Source of the DNA: Thermoplasmatota archaeon
GTDB lineage: Archaea > Thermoplasmatota > E2 > DHVEG-1 > B18-G2
Length of the DNA stretch: 64,000 nucleotides
Assembly: GCA_029259115.1 (NCBI GenBank)
Contig: JAPDJO010000002.1
Coordinates: 18,737-82,736, forward strand
Direction: 5' to 3'
This document shows positions 47,871-57,725 of this stretch, one piece after another. Both the position numbers and the translations under genes were made by a program. The notes beneath the pieces are model-generated. The model saw nothing but the letters and a program-made list of their open reading frames with translations. It did not search any database and was not told the DNA's origin. Each line of letters starts with the position of its first letter. The first letter of the stretch is position 1.

Positions 47871-49162
47871 TCTATCACCAAATCTGGGTATGTTTCTCCA
47901 TAGTGTGAGGTTACTAAAGTTATATCCTTGATATCTATCTCACCGTCAGGATATGGCAGATTCATATCCTGCGGTATCCATCTAGGAGGACCGGTCTCTC
48001 CATAATGCCCGGTGACATTTGTTATATCCTTGATATCTATCTCACCACTCATATCCAAGTCGTACCTTGGATATATGTAGAAAGTTAAGTGCGAACTTTC
48101 GATGGAGTTATGGGATGTATCTTCGACTATGATCTTGAAGGTGTAAACACCTATATCTCCATAACTTGTATTGAGATAATATAACCCATTTGTGTAATAT
48201 TCCATGGATACATTCCAGATGATGGAATTAGGCCCATGTATTTCGATGGTAACATTTTCTACCCCTATATTGTCAGAAACAGAAACAGATATGTTAAAAG
48301 GATCACCACTATATTGCCTCAAACGCTCCAGTTGTATATTATGTATGATTGGCAAATCGTTATCCTTTATAGAAATTGTCATTGTATCGCTCCTATTCCA
48401 TTTACCATACTCATCTACAGCAGATATGAAGTAATAAAGTGGTAGCAAAGAGTTTGGTAGTTCATCTATCGTGTACGTCCATGTTCCATTTTGAAGTTGT
48501 TCCATCGATTCGTTAAGATGATTATGGGATGATCCAAACCAATATTCAACCCAAACACCAGATACACTGTCCATATCTGTTACATTTGCATAGAAAGTGA
48601 AACTATCTCCTGTGAAGCCGATTTCAGGCGAGAGGTCGACTATCTTTGGTCCGTTGTTTATCATGACAGTTACATTCCCATAGAATGACTCGCAGGGTAC
48701 AGTCTCACCGTTATATGCTAATTCGACGTGAAGGCCTATCATGCTAACTCCGATATCGAGGGCTGTGAAATTTAGAATACAAAGCGTTCCTTCTCCAATC
48801 GCTCCTTCCCCTTGTATCGTGTAACAGAAACAACCAGTTAAGGTACCCTCCTCATTATCTATGTTTCCAGGATTAAATGATGTTGTACCCACACTGGAGA
48901 GTAGGTCACCCTCTGTGACAGAATTCAATCTTAACACACGAGGAGAAAAATTAAGGAATTCGATTTCCCAACCACTTACTTGATTTACCAGATTTGCTTC
49001 AATCGATATAGTGATATATTCTCCTTTGTAGCAAGTTATATTACAGGGACTAACTTCAACAGTAGAGATGCTATCCTCGGATAGTGCAACTGTGATTAAA
49101 CCAGCTAAAGATGAAAGAAGCAACAATATCCCAACCACTTCTACACCAAGTCCTTCCCTCAT
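47867..49162 (-). CDS. Secreted cohesin + Ig-like + dockerin protein (adaptor scaffoldin-like)
   Basis: Cohesin pattern SGWEI..LNFSP..L..VTEG...IDNEEG...GTLCILNFTA; C-terminal duplicated DxxxxGEIDIKDIT.V..HYGE; RBS before 49162. Confidence 0.78.
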   Translation of the reverse strand: MREGLGVEVVGILLLLSSLAGLITVALSEDSISTVEVSPCNITCYKGEYITISIEANLVNQVSGWEIEFLNFSPRVLRLNSVTEGDLLSSVGTTSFNPGNIDNEEGTLTGCFCYTIQGEGAIGEGTLCILNFTALDIGVSMIGLHVELAYNGETVPCESFYGNVTVMINNGPKIVDLSPEIGFTGDSFTFYANVTDMDSVSGVWVEYWFGSSHNHLNESMEQLQNGTWTYTIDELPNSLLPLYYFISAVDEYGKWNRSDTMTISIKDNDLPIIHNIQLERLRQYSGDPFNISVSVSDNIGVENVTIEIHGPNSIIWNVSMEYYTNGLYYLNTSYGDIGVYTFKIIVEDTSHNSIESSHLTFYIYPRYDLDMSGEIDIKDITNVTGHYGETGPPRWIPQDMNLPYPDGEIDIKDITLVTSHYGETYPDLVIE

Positions 49163-49220
49163 TTTTTCACCCTCTAATTTTTTCATATTCTATTTTTAAT
49201 ATTTTTTGTACAAATCTTTT

Positions 49221-52200
49221 CTAACCATAGTTTTCACCATAATGTGCAGTGACCGCAGTAATATCTTTTATATCAATTTCACCATCTTTGTTTATGTCCT
49301 CTCTAATCCAACCAGGATCTCCAGTCTCACCATAATGTGCAGTGACCGCAGTAATATCTTTTATATCAATTTCATTATCCGTGTTGATATCCCAATCAGC
49401 TGGTTTTGTTCTGAAACACAATGTTCTATTCACCCAGTTCTTACCATCTGTAATATTCACAGACCACCAATACCATGTTAGCCAGTTATTCATAAGATCA
49501 CAGTTGGTGGTATATGTTCCGTTACTTCCAGAGAATGTTTTTATAGTCTGCCATCTACCTGTTGCATTTGTTCTAAATATGACCGTAAGTTGATCTCCTT
49601 CTGGATCAGAAACAGTGACGTTAAGGATTGGATAGATGCCGTTCCTAGGATCGATTGTTACGTTTACTTTACCATTTTCAGGATGAGTATGATCAATAGA
49701 GGGTTTTTCGTTTGTGGAGATGGTAAAGTCCCTCTCTGCTGGAGTAGGATCTATATTTCCGTCCTTGTCTTTCGTTCTTACTTTGAAAACATAGCTCCCA
49801 TCTGGAAGATCATAATATGATGTGGTAGTTTCCTTACTCCAAACTGACCAAGTTGTGTCGTACCCTTCCAATTTATAGGAGAATAGCAATTGATCCACTG
49901 GGGTGTTATCATCTGACCCACTCCATGAGAAAGTTACATCGTTGTAATCTATGACGCCAGAGGGTCCTTCCATTATGATGGTCTCCGGTGGTTCACTTTC
50001 GCCTGTGATTGTTATGGATTTCGACACACTATCTTCTAAACCATATTCATCTATAATTCTCAGTGTGATGGTATAGGTTCCTGGAGAAGAGAATTTATGT
50101 TCAGCATAGCAGTCCCATTTACCATCGATGATTTCTCCATCATTTCCTCCTATCTCGTCATGAGTAACACTACCAAATCCTTCTTCAAAATCCCACCATG
50201 CTATTAATCCATCTGTTACGACATTCCCTTCCAGATTTTGTTGGATTTCATCTTCGGTAAGAATTCTGTTGTAAATCCTGATAAAATCTATCTTCCCAGG
50301 AAAAGCATGATAACCCCAACCCATATAGATGTTTTTATCTGTTATTTTGATTTTTTTGCCATTACCTGGTTTGCTACCTACGAGATTACCATTTAGGTAG
50401 ATTCTTATCCCGTCAGTGGAACTGTATTCTCCCACGACATGTATCCACTTCCTAAAGAGTGCATTGCTTGGATTTGGATAATAGTTAATGTGTGTGTGAC
50501 TACCGTCTGGATGCCAAACTAAGAACTGAAGATACCAGGGATAATAAAGTCTCCAAGAATCCCATTTGTATATTGGTGAGCGATGATCTCTTGCAAAGTG
50601 TATCCTATCTATATATACTGGTACTTGACCATAGTAGTATATCTTCACTCTGTAATTATGATTCAATTGAGAGAAGAAAGTTGGATGATGGTGTATTTGC
50701 CATCCATACCAATATTGACTTATGTTTTTCTCATCAAAATCGGAAGTCTTATAAATGTCCTCCAGTACCTTCTTTCCTGTATTTAAATCCCATACCTCAA
50801 TCTTGATGATATTTACAGGATCTTGAGGCTTATACCCTATTCTTAATCTTACAAATAGACCTGTTTTACCATAGTGCAGATCCGGATCTCCAGAGAAGTC
50901 ATATATTGATATGTATCCCGTTCCATTTTGTGGAACTGCTCCTCTGACCAGTTTGTTTATGCTACTATCATAATAATTGAAACCTATGTTCTTATCAGTA
51001 TCTTCTGCCTCTACGTAGGTGCTCCTTCCACCATCGTACCATATCTTTGCCTCTACCGTTATGTTGTCATTTATGTTGAATGCAGGTGAGTTACTTACTT
51101 TTACTCTATCGTCATTACCATCAAATTCGAGGAATTTTCTACCGTAACTTGTGGTTCCATCTCCAAAGTCCCATGTCCAGTTTGTTATTTTCGAGTCATT
51201 GTCTATGCTAGTATCGATGAATACGATCTTCTGCGAAACGTTTGCAATTGAGGGATCGAAAGAAAAGTTTGCTATAGGTGGATCGTTGATAACAAAGGTG
51301 ATCTCGGCTGGGCTTATCTCGATGTTTCCTGCTGAATCCTTTGCTCTAACTTTAAAAGTATAGATCCCAGATGGAAGATCCTCATAGGTTACAGAGGTTG
51401 AACTTGTCCAAGATGACCAATATATATCATGTCCATAGAGAATGTAGGAATACTTCAAGTTAGAAGCTGAGGAGATATCATCTTCACCGATCCAACTGAA
51501 GTGCACAGTATGCTGAGTGGTTACATTTTCTGGCGACTCTATTATTTCGGTATTAGGTGGGGTAATATCCACATATACGTATGCGGATAGATTCTCTATC
51601 TCCCTAGCGATCTTCCTTCTCGCTTCATATATTTTTAGAGGATCTTTGCACCAACTTCTTTTGCCGGAATATATCATGCTAACTGTATCATTTAACACTT
51701 GCCAAGCGTGTTGCTTCATTGATGCAGGCGCATCAGATATGTCTATGTAATGTTGAAGAGTCCATAGATATTCATAGTCATCGATACCCTCTCTCACCAT
51801 TTCCCATCTCACTGAAGAAATTCCTCCTTCATAGCATGGTTTAGGTGATATTCCTTCCTTGAAAGGTGGATACAACAAGAACCCTTCACCTGCACATCCC
51901 GGACAATATTTTTCCCAATAGGAATGTCGCGGATCAGTCCATGGATTTTGAGTCCATGAGGTTGTTGAGTAGTAGAGGTTTCCTTCCAATCCATACTTCC
52001 AAAGCAACCAACCAAATACTCTAGGTGCGGTGTATGGTTGTTTTATGTAGTAGTTTGGATGCCCACTCTGGGGAGGATTCCCTATGCAGACATAGGTCCA
52101 TCCCTCTGCATCAGAATCATTTTTTATATCTTGTAAAACCTTACTACTTACTACCCTCAGATCCGGAATCCAGATATCGACATAATCTTTCAAAATAGGA

Positions 52201-53942
52201 TAAACTTCGTTCTCCCATATGTAGTCGTTCACGCCAATAAGCGTTTGTGCTATTTTTATGTTAGGATTGGCAGATTTTAGTAGAATAGAAAAATTTCTTA
52301 TCTCGAGAATATTCTTGTAACCTTCATCGGGACCGTATAAGTAGGGTTCATCCTTGATAAAATAGTATGCCTTGTCTAACCAACCTCTCTCCTCCAGATG
52401 GTTAGATACATTCTGCCAAAATGCTATGATCGATCTGTTATAGCCTTCTGATCCTTTTGGAAATCCACAAAATGAGTCTGGAATTCCTTTGCCCATCATG
52501 AATGATGTAAAACCATAGTCGTCTAGGTACATGCTAGCAAGCTTATCTGCTTTTGTGTAGTTTATATTGAAATGAACATTTCCATCCTCGACAGTCCAAC
52601 TATACTTGATTGCGTTGTAATACCAAGGTTCTATAAAGCCAGGGGCGACCTTGTGAGATCTGTAGATCTTATAATACTCATCTCTGACTCTTTCGTATTG
52701 ATCTGATTTTATGTTATGGAATTTCAAGATCTTCCATTTATTTAGACCAAACGCGGTTCTACAGTGCGACTCTCTCGAGAGAGTAAAGCTCCATACAGTG
52801 AGATTCAGAGGAATCGTTAATGATCCATCACTATATTCTATAGTGACATTCCCGTGATAGAATCCCGCATCAATGTCATCTGGGACAAAGATAGTTACCC
52901 ATATACTTCTCGATATGTTTTTAGAAAGATTGAGAGGAGAAAATTCTGGTAGCGGATCTGGATACTGTTCGTAGTATGCAGGAGTGTATTCGACGGTACG
53001 TATAGATATCGTTCCATTGTCTATCCTGCACCCAGTAACAGCATTTATTAGATCACTCACCCTGATTTCCAAGTTTGATATATTTCTGTAGGGCCTTACC
53101 CCAATTTGGAAAGATTCGTATTCATTCTTTGCACATTCAATCCTAATAGATGAACTTACATTTACTGGAGGGATGCTGACTTTAAATATTTTCTCAGTGG
53201 AAGGAGAAAACCATACGACCAGATCAGGGTTTGTAGCCAGCTTATAACCAACTGATGTTGGAATTTCCATAGAGATATTTTGCCATATTCTAGATAAGGA
53301 TAGACTTTTTCTCATGATACTGTTGTTTGTTAGATATCCCTCTTTAGTGACAAATAGGTTATAGTGTTTCAGTCCCTGCTGAACATAATCACGGACAACG
53401 ATTTTGTAATAACCTGTAGAGTTAGTAGATGTAACTAACTCAATCTCGGCGGATGAATTATATAATACCGCGTAAACAGTAGCATTTTGTATAGGAGATC
53501 CGCTTGTTTTGTCTCTAACGTACCCGCATATTATTCCACCTTTTTCAAGAGAGAAGTTGAACCATTTTACTGTGAATGGATATGTTGGTATAAGTTCCCC
53601 TATAAACACGGTTTGAGAAACATAACCTTTTTTGGATGCTGTGAGTTTACAGTCCGATAAGGGATATGTTAGAGAAAACATATAGAAACCAGTAGAGTCT
53701 GTAGTACGTGTTAAGGTAGTGTAATTTCCATATTCATTATACCCACATAGTGTTATTTCAGCCCCTTCGATGACATAACCTGTTTCACTATCGTAAACAT
53801 AACCTTTAACATAGATCATAGAGGGAGGAGTCCAACCATCGACTGGTGCAAACTGATAATATGGAGATATCATTAGAAGAATTGCTGTAAAGAGACTGAC
53901 AAGACTTAATGTGATTCTCCTTTGATACATCTTATTCAACAT
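49221..53942 (-). CDS. Large secreted modular glycoside hydrolase (GH123-like/DUF4091) with CarboxypepD_reg-like, Y_Y_Y, PKD, LamG and dockerin modules
   Basis: Signal peptide, NEYESFQI, YPDPL, FIKDEP, GEGFLLYP, SSVRWEMVREGIDDYEYL; C-terminal tandem D.N.D.EIDIKDITAVTAHYGE. Confidence 0.8.
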   Translation of the reverse strand: MLNKMYQRRITLSLVSLFTAILLMISPYYQFAPVDGWTPPSMIYVKGYVYDSETGYVIEGAEITLCGYNEYGNYTTLTRTTDSTGFYMFSLTYPLSDCKLTASKKGYVSQTVFIGELIPTYPFTVKWFNFSLEKGGIICGYVRDKTSGSPIQNATVYAVLYNSSAEIELVTSTNSTGYYKIVVRDYVQQGLKHYNLFVTKEGYLTNNSIMRKSLSLSRIWQNISMEIPTSVGYKLATNPDLVVWFSPSTEKIFKVSIPPVNVSSSIRIECAKNEYESFQIGVRPYRNISNLEIRVSDLINAVTGCRIDNGTISIRTVEYTPAYYEQYPDPLPEFSPLNLSKNISRSIWVTIFVPDDIDAGFYHGNVTIEYSDGSLTIPLNLTVWSFTLSRESHCRTAFGLNKWKILKFHNIKSDQYERVRDEYYKIYRSHKVAPGFIEPWYYNAIKYSWTVEDGNVHFNINYTKADKLASMYLDDYGFTSFMMGKGIPDSFCGFPKGSEGYNRSIIAFWQNVSNHLEERGWLDKAYYFIKDEPYLYGPDEGYKNILEIRNFSILLKSANPNIKIAQTLIGVNDYIWENEVYPILKDYVDIWIPDLRVVSSKVLQDIKNDSDAEGWTYVCIGNPPQSGHPNYYIKQPYTAPRVFGWLLWKYGLEGNLYYSTTSWTQNPWTDPRHSYWEKYCPGCAGEGFLLYPPFKEGISPKPCYEGGISSVRWEMVREGIDDYEYLWTLQHYIDISDAPASMKQHAWQVLNDTVSMIYSGKRSWCKDPLKIYEARRKIAREIENLSAYVYVDITPPNTEIIESPENVTTQHTVHFSWIGEDDISSASNLKYSYILYGHDIYWSSWTSSTSVTYEDLPSGIYTFKVRAKDSAGNIEISPAEITFVINDPPIANFSFDPSIANVSQKIVFIDTSIDNDSKITNWTWDFGDGTTSYGRKFLEFDGNDDRVKVSNSPAFNINDNITVEAKIWYDGGRSTYVEAEDTDKNIGFNYYDSSINKLVRGAVPQNGTGYISIYDFSGDPDLHYGKTGLFVRLRIGYKPQDPVNIIKIEVWDLNTGKKVLEDIYKTSDFDEKNISQYWYGWQIHHHPTFFSQLNHNYRVKIYYYGQVPVYIDRIHFARDHRSPIYKWDSWRLYYPWYLQFLVWHPDGSHTHINYYPNPSNALFRKWIHVVGEYSSTDGIRIYLNGNLVGSKPGNGKKIKITDKNIYMGWGYHAFPGKIDFIRIYNRILTEDEIQQNLEGNVVTDGLIAWWDFEEGFGSVTHDEIGGNDGEIIDGKWDCYAEHKFSSPGTYTITLRIIDEYGLEDSVSKSITITGESEPPETIIMEGPSGVIDYNDVTFSWSGSDDNTPVDQLLFSYKLEGYDTTWSVWSKETTTSYYDLPDGSYVFKVRTKDKDGNIDPTPAERDFTISTNEKPSIDHTHPENGKVNVTIDPRNGIYPILNVTVSDPEGDQLTVIFRTNATGRWQTIKTFSGSNGTYTTNCDLMNNWLTWYWWSVNITDGKNWVNRTLCFRTKPADWDINTDNEIDIKDITAVTAHYGETGDPGWIREDINKDGEIDIKDITAVTAHYGENYG
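49234..49374. repeat. Perfect 48-bp direct repeat encoding the two dockerin halves
   Basis: 49234-49281 is identical to 49327-49374. Confidence 0.95.
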
Positions 53943-54101
53943 CTCCCCCTTGATAGTTTATAAATTTTTTATGACAGACATATCCACCCTTATTTCAATA
54001 AGGAATATAATATTCTAAAGCTTATATATTTAACGTACGATGTCTCCTCTCCTCAGACCACAATCAATATAATCCTAAAATCTATCTCAACTTTGATATC
54101 G

Positions 54102-55403
54102 ATGCAAGGACAATCGTGGACAAAGATAAAAGAGATTTTGGAAGGAAATAAGACAGGGGAAGAAGTCAACATCCGAGGATGGATATACAGGAAGAGAAGT
54201 AGCGGAGGAATAATCTTCATACTTGTAAGAGATTCAACAGGCGTAATTCAGGCAACTATCAAAAAAGGAGACATTCCGGAAGAGGAATTCGAAAAAGCAG
54301 AAAGAGCTTTGATAGAGTCTTCCATAAAGATAAAGGGGATAGTCAAAGAAGACAAGCGTGCGCCAGGCGGCTACGAGATAAAGGTGAATAAATTCGAAGT
54401 TGTTAATTTTGCTGAGCCTTTCCCTATAACAGAGGACCACAGTGAAGAGTTTCTCCTAGATGTGAGACATCTATGGCTTCGCTCAAGGAAGCTCACAGAA
54501 GTAATGAAACTGAAGGCAAAGGTTCTTCGTCTCATTAGGGAGTGGTTTGATGAGAATGACTTTTATGAGGTCACACCAAGTGTTATAACTCTAAATGCAG
54601 CGGAAGGCGGCGCAACTGTATTCTCATTTGATTATTTCGGTCAGAAAGCGTTTTTGAGCCAAACTGCTCAGATGTATCTCGAAGCCCTCATCTTTTCCCT
54701 AGAAAGGGTCTGGAGTTTAACACCTTCATTCAGAGCAGAGAAATCGAGAACAAGGAAGCATCTCACAGAGTACTGGCATCTTGAGGCAGAGGAAGCGTGG
54801 GTGGATAATGAAGGCAATATGAAGATCCAAGAAGAGCTTGTGAGCTATGTTTGTCAAAATATTGCAAAGGTGGCAAAGGATGAGCTTGAATATCTGGGAA
54901 GGGATGTAGAAGATCTAAAGGTTATCGAACCCCCTTTCAAAAGAATAAAATACAAGGATGCAATCAAAAAACTGCAAGACAAAGGTTTTGATATAGAATG
55001 GGGCGATGATTTTGGTGCTCCTCACGAGAGAGCGCTTGTCGAGGGAGAAGATAAGCCAATATTCGTCACTCATTTTCCAGTAGAATCTAAAGCATTTTAC
55101 ATGAAGATATCTCCAGATGGAAAGACGGTTGAATGCGCTGATATGCTCGCTCCGGAAGGATATGGAGAGTTAATAGGAGGATCAGAAAGATCTGAGGATA
55201 TAGACTCGATGATTGCTCGTTTAAAGGCGGATGGAGCAAAGATAGAAAACTATGAATGGTATTTTGATCTTCGAAGATATGGAAGTGTACCTCATTCAGG
55301 TTTTGGTTTGGGATTGGAGAGATTGGTTATGTGGATTGCAAAGTTAGATCATATAAGAGATGCCATTCCATTTCCCAGAACGGTAACCAGAGTATATCCT
55401 TAG
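54102..55403 (+). CDS. asnS: Asparaginyl-tRNA synthetase
   Basis: RHLWLRS, FRAEKSRTRKHLTEYW, GELIGGSER, WYFDLRRYGSVPHSGFGLGLER. Confidence 0.93.
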   Translation: MQGQSWTKIKEILEGNKTGEEVNIRGWIYRKRSSGGIIFILVRDSTGVIQATIKKGDIPEEEFEKAERALIESSIKIKGIVKEDKRAPGGYEIKVNKFEVVNFAEPFPITEDHSEEFLLDVRHLWLRSRKLTEVMKLKAKVLRLIREWFDENDFYEVTPSVITLNAAEGGATVFSFDYFGQKAFLSQTAQMYLEALIFSLERVWSLTPSFRAEKSRTRKHLTEYWHLEAEEAWVDNEGNMKIQEELVSYVCQNIAKVAKDELEYLGRDVEDLKVIEPPFKRIKYKDAIKKLQDKGFDIEWGDDFGAPHERALVEGEDKPIFVTHFPVESKAFYMKISPDGKTVECADMLAPEGYGELIGGSERSEDIDSMIARLKADGAKIENYEWYFDLRRYGSVPHSGFGLGLERLVMWIAKLDHIRDAIPFPRTVTRVYP

Positions 55404-55412
55404 GTGATAAAG

Positions 55413-55688
55413 ATGAGGGTAGAGGCTCACGTCCTGATATCTGGAAAGGTGCAGGGGGTATGGTTTAGAGCTAATACTAAAGAGAAGGCCAGACAGCTGA
55501 ATATAAAAGGATGGGTTAGGAATCTTCCTGACGGTAGAGTAGAGGCTGTATTCCAGGGAGAGAAAGAGATGGTCGAGGAGATGATAAAGTGGTGTTACAA
55601 AGGTCCTCCTCTTGCTGAAGTTGAGAATGTTGAGGTGGAATGGAAGGAGCCAGAAGAAGAGTTTGAAGATTTCTCAATCTTATACTGA
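55413..55688 (+). CDS. acyP: Acylphosphatase
   Basis: GKVQGVWFR, GWVRNLPDGRVEA, GPPLA. Confidence 0.95.
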   Translation: MRVEAHVLISGKVQGVWFRANTKEKARQLNIKGWVRNLPDGRVEAVFQGEKEMVEEMIKWCYKGPPLAEVENVEVEWKEPEEEFEDFSILY

Positions 55689-56171
55689 TCTCTCCCAGGC
55701 ATTTACCATCTTATCGTTTATATCTACAAGGATAATCTCATCAAAGAAGTCCAAATACTCTTTTACCACCTCTATCATGGCTCTTGCTGCATCATCTTCT
55801 TTAACTCCTCCAACTCCTGTTCCCATACCAGGAATGGCTATTCTTTTAATTTTCATATCTTTAGCAAGCTCTAGGGCAGCTCTGGTAGCTTTCCTCACGT
55901 TATCTACACTTATCCTCATTGCAGGTCTTTCCATCGTTGGTGCATGGATAACGTGCCTGCATTTCAATCTGCCAGAATTGGTAGCTATTGCTTTTCCAAC
56001 AGGTATTGGAGCTTTTTCTACGGCTTCCTTTTCAATTTCTTCTCCTCCTTTTCTCTTGATGGCTCCTGCTACGCCTCCTCCCATGTAGCCTAGAGAATTG
56101 GCTGGATTGACTATCGCATCAACATCCGTTTCTGTTAGATCACCTTTGAGAATTTTTATCTTGCCTGTCAT
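55680..56171 (-). CDS. Macro domain (ADP-ribose-binding/hydrolase) protein
   Basis: GDLT, DAIVNPANS, GGGVAGAI, VIHAPT, GTGVGG. Confidence 0.93.
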   Translation of the reverse strand: MTGKIKILKGDLTETDVDAIVNPANSLGYMGGGVAGAIKRKGGEEIEKEAVEKAPIPVGKAIATNSGRLKCRHVIHAPTMERPAMRISVDNVRKATRAALELAKDMKIKRIAIPGMGTGVGGVKEDDAARAMIEVVKEYLDFFDEIILVDINDKMVNAWERSV

Positions 56172-56407
56172 TCTTCTTTGCCTTCCTCCTTCCTCTTTTC
56201 TCTCGCTATTCCTCCTCTCAGTATCCTTATCCTTGCATTTAACCCGTGAATCCTATCTTCATACTTCCTTTTCTTTTTCAGGAATTCTGCCTTTGTCATT
56301 TTCTTCTCTTCGTATTTCCTCTTCAACTCTTCAATCTTTTGTTTGTTCTTCTCTATCTTTCTCTCCAGCTTTTCTATATTCTTCTCAAGTCTTTCCAATA
56401 GACCCAT
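56168..56407 (-). CDS. Small basic coiled-coil protein
   Basis: Overlaps both neighbours; K/E-rich helix. Confidence 0.65.
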   Translation of the reverse strand: MGLLERLEKNIEKLERKIEKNKQKIEELKRKYEEKKMTKAEFLKKKRKYEDRIHGLNARIRILRGGIAREKRKEEGKEE

Positions 56408-57255
56408 TATTTATCCCTCTCCCACAGCTCCTTTCTATGGGCTTCCAACATTATGTTTTCCTTACCGAGATATTCAGCAAAAGTCTTTATTCTTTTCCCT
56501 CCCACTCTATAGGGCTCGGCAAATAACTCTCTATATTTCAAATCTCTCAAAAGATGATGATCCAAGATAACCTCACATTTTGTATTTTCTAGAATTTCGA
56601 CCATGTTCCTAGATGCATCTTCGAGATTTTTCTTACTAAACTTCCATCCAAGAAAAAGAGTTGGTGGTCCATCCATTATAAGTATATCTGGATCTTGATC
56701 TATGATGTAATCTTTTGCTTCCTCTGTGACAGGACCTTGAACATCAGATGCATGCAGCAATCTCTTATCTCCATCATCAACCGTTGTCATTATCACATAT
56801 CCTAATCTAACATTTGCAGGTCCATGAAAGAACGGGGGAGAGAATCTCAACTCCGTAGATCCTATCTTATGTACTGAGTCATCACAGTAGATTATCTCAC
56901 TCTTTTCTTCAAACCTCTCCTTGAATTCCTTTCCTCTACCTCTTTGCGAGGCATTGATATCCTTCTCGATATCCTTGGCAAATATCTTTCTTCCTTCAAA
57001 GAAACTGGCATCAGGATCATAGTGATCATAATGGTAATGGGATATGACAAAAAGGTCACAATCTTTTGCTATGTTTTCTATCTCTTTTTTCGTCTTCTCT
57101 AAAGCTTCAATTTCCAACGGGTGAGGAGGTAACCCGTATCTGCTCGGACCTAGAGCAGCAGACGGATCAATAATCATCTTCAGATCTCTGGTTTCAACAT
57201 AAACTGAGAGAGATCTAACACCAAGGGAATCTGATGATATGGGCAAGAATTTCAT
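56407..57255 (-). CDS. UPF0282 MBL-fold metallo-hydrolase
   Basis: SLGVRS, IDPSAALGPSRYGLPP, SHYHYDH, HASDVQGP, DHHLLRD. Confidence 0.88.
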   Translation of the reverse strand: MKFLPISSDSLGVRSLSVYVETRDLKMIIDPSAALGPSRYGLPPHPLEIEALEKTKKEIENIAKDCDLFVISHYHYDHYDPDASFFEGRKIFAKDIEKDINASQRGRGKEFKERFEEKSEIIYCDDSVHKIGSTELRFSPPFFHGPANVRLGYVIMTTVDDGDKRLLHASDVQGPVTEEAKDYIIDQDPDILIMDGPPTLFLGWKFSKKNLEDASRNMVEILENTKCEVILDHHLLRDLKYRELFAEPYRVGGKRIKTFAEYLGKENIMLEAHRKELWERDK

Positions 57256-57286
57256 GATTCAGTAAAATGCGAATATGTTCATAAGT

Positions 57287-57448
57287 CTAATGTCTCTTGC
57301 TCCAACTGTAGCTTCTGAGCTTTTCCTTTCTACCATATCCACAGGCGGCGCATCTCTTCTTTCTTACATGGTATGCATGTCTTCCGCATCTTCTACATCT
57401 TATGTGCGTCTTCCCTCCGCCAGATTTAGATGGAGTTCCTTTTCCCAT
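57287..57448 (-). CDS. rpl37e: 50S ribosomal protein eL37
   Basis: Below the ORF-track cut-off; translated by hand as [39 protein letters not shown]...YSWSKRH. Confidence 0.95.
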   Translation of the reverse strand: MGKGTPSKSGGGKTHIRCRRCGRHAYHVRKKRCAACGYGRKEKLRSYSWSKRH

Positions 57449-57458
57449 GCTTCACCCC

Positions 57459-57680
57459 CTAAGGTGGAGAGATATATATAATGTTATCTCCTCTCACTAT
57501 TACTTTATCCCTTTTCGCTACGACGTTTCCATCAACTATTTCCTCCGCATTTTTCAATACAAGATTCATGTGAGGTATATCATAGCCATCAAGAATACCT
57601 CTGTACCCTCTATTTCCTCTCAACTCTACGATAACTCTGCTGTTTAAGCTTCTGTGCAGAACTTCCAAAGGTTTTGCCAT
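57459..57680 (-). CDS. Sm-like archaeal protein SmAP1 (LSm)
   Basis: MAKPLEVL..SLN..VIVEL...YRGILDGYD.HMNLVL...VRGDNIIYISP; conserved position upstream of rpl37e. Confidence 0.93.
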   Translation of the reverse strand: MAKPLEVLHRSLNSRVIVELRGNRGYRGILDGYDIPHMNLVLKNAEEIVDGNVVAKRDKVIVRGDNIIYISPP

Positions 57681-57725
57681 GGTAGAAACCCTAAACAACA
57701 AGATACTTATAACTGTTTTCTTGAT

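Noticed and set aside
49234-49374. Possible mini-CRISPR or DGR TR/VR pair
   Set aside because: Only two copies, in frame, encoding dockerin halves; no cas or reverse transcriptase gene and no adenine-specific mismatches.
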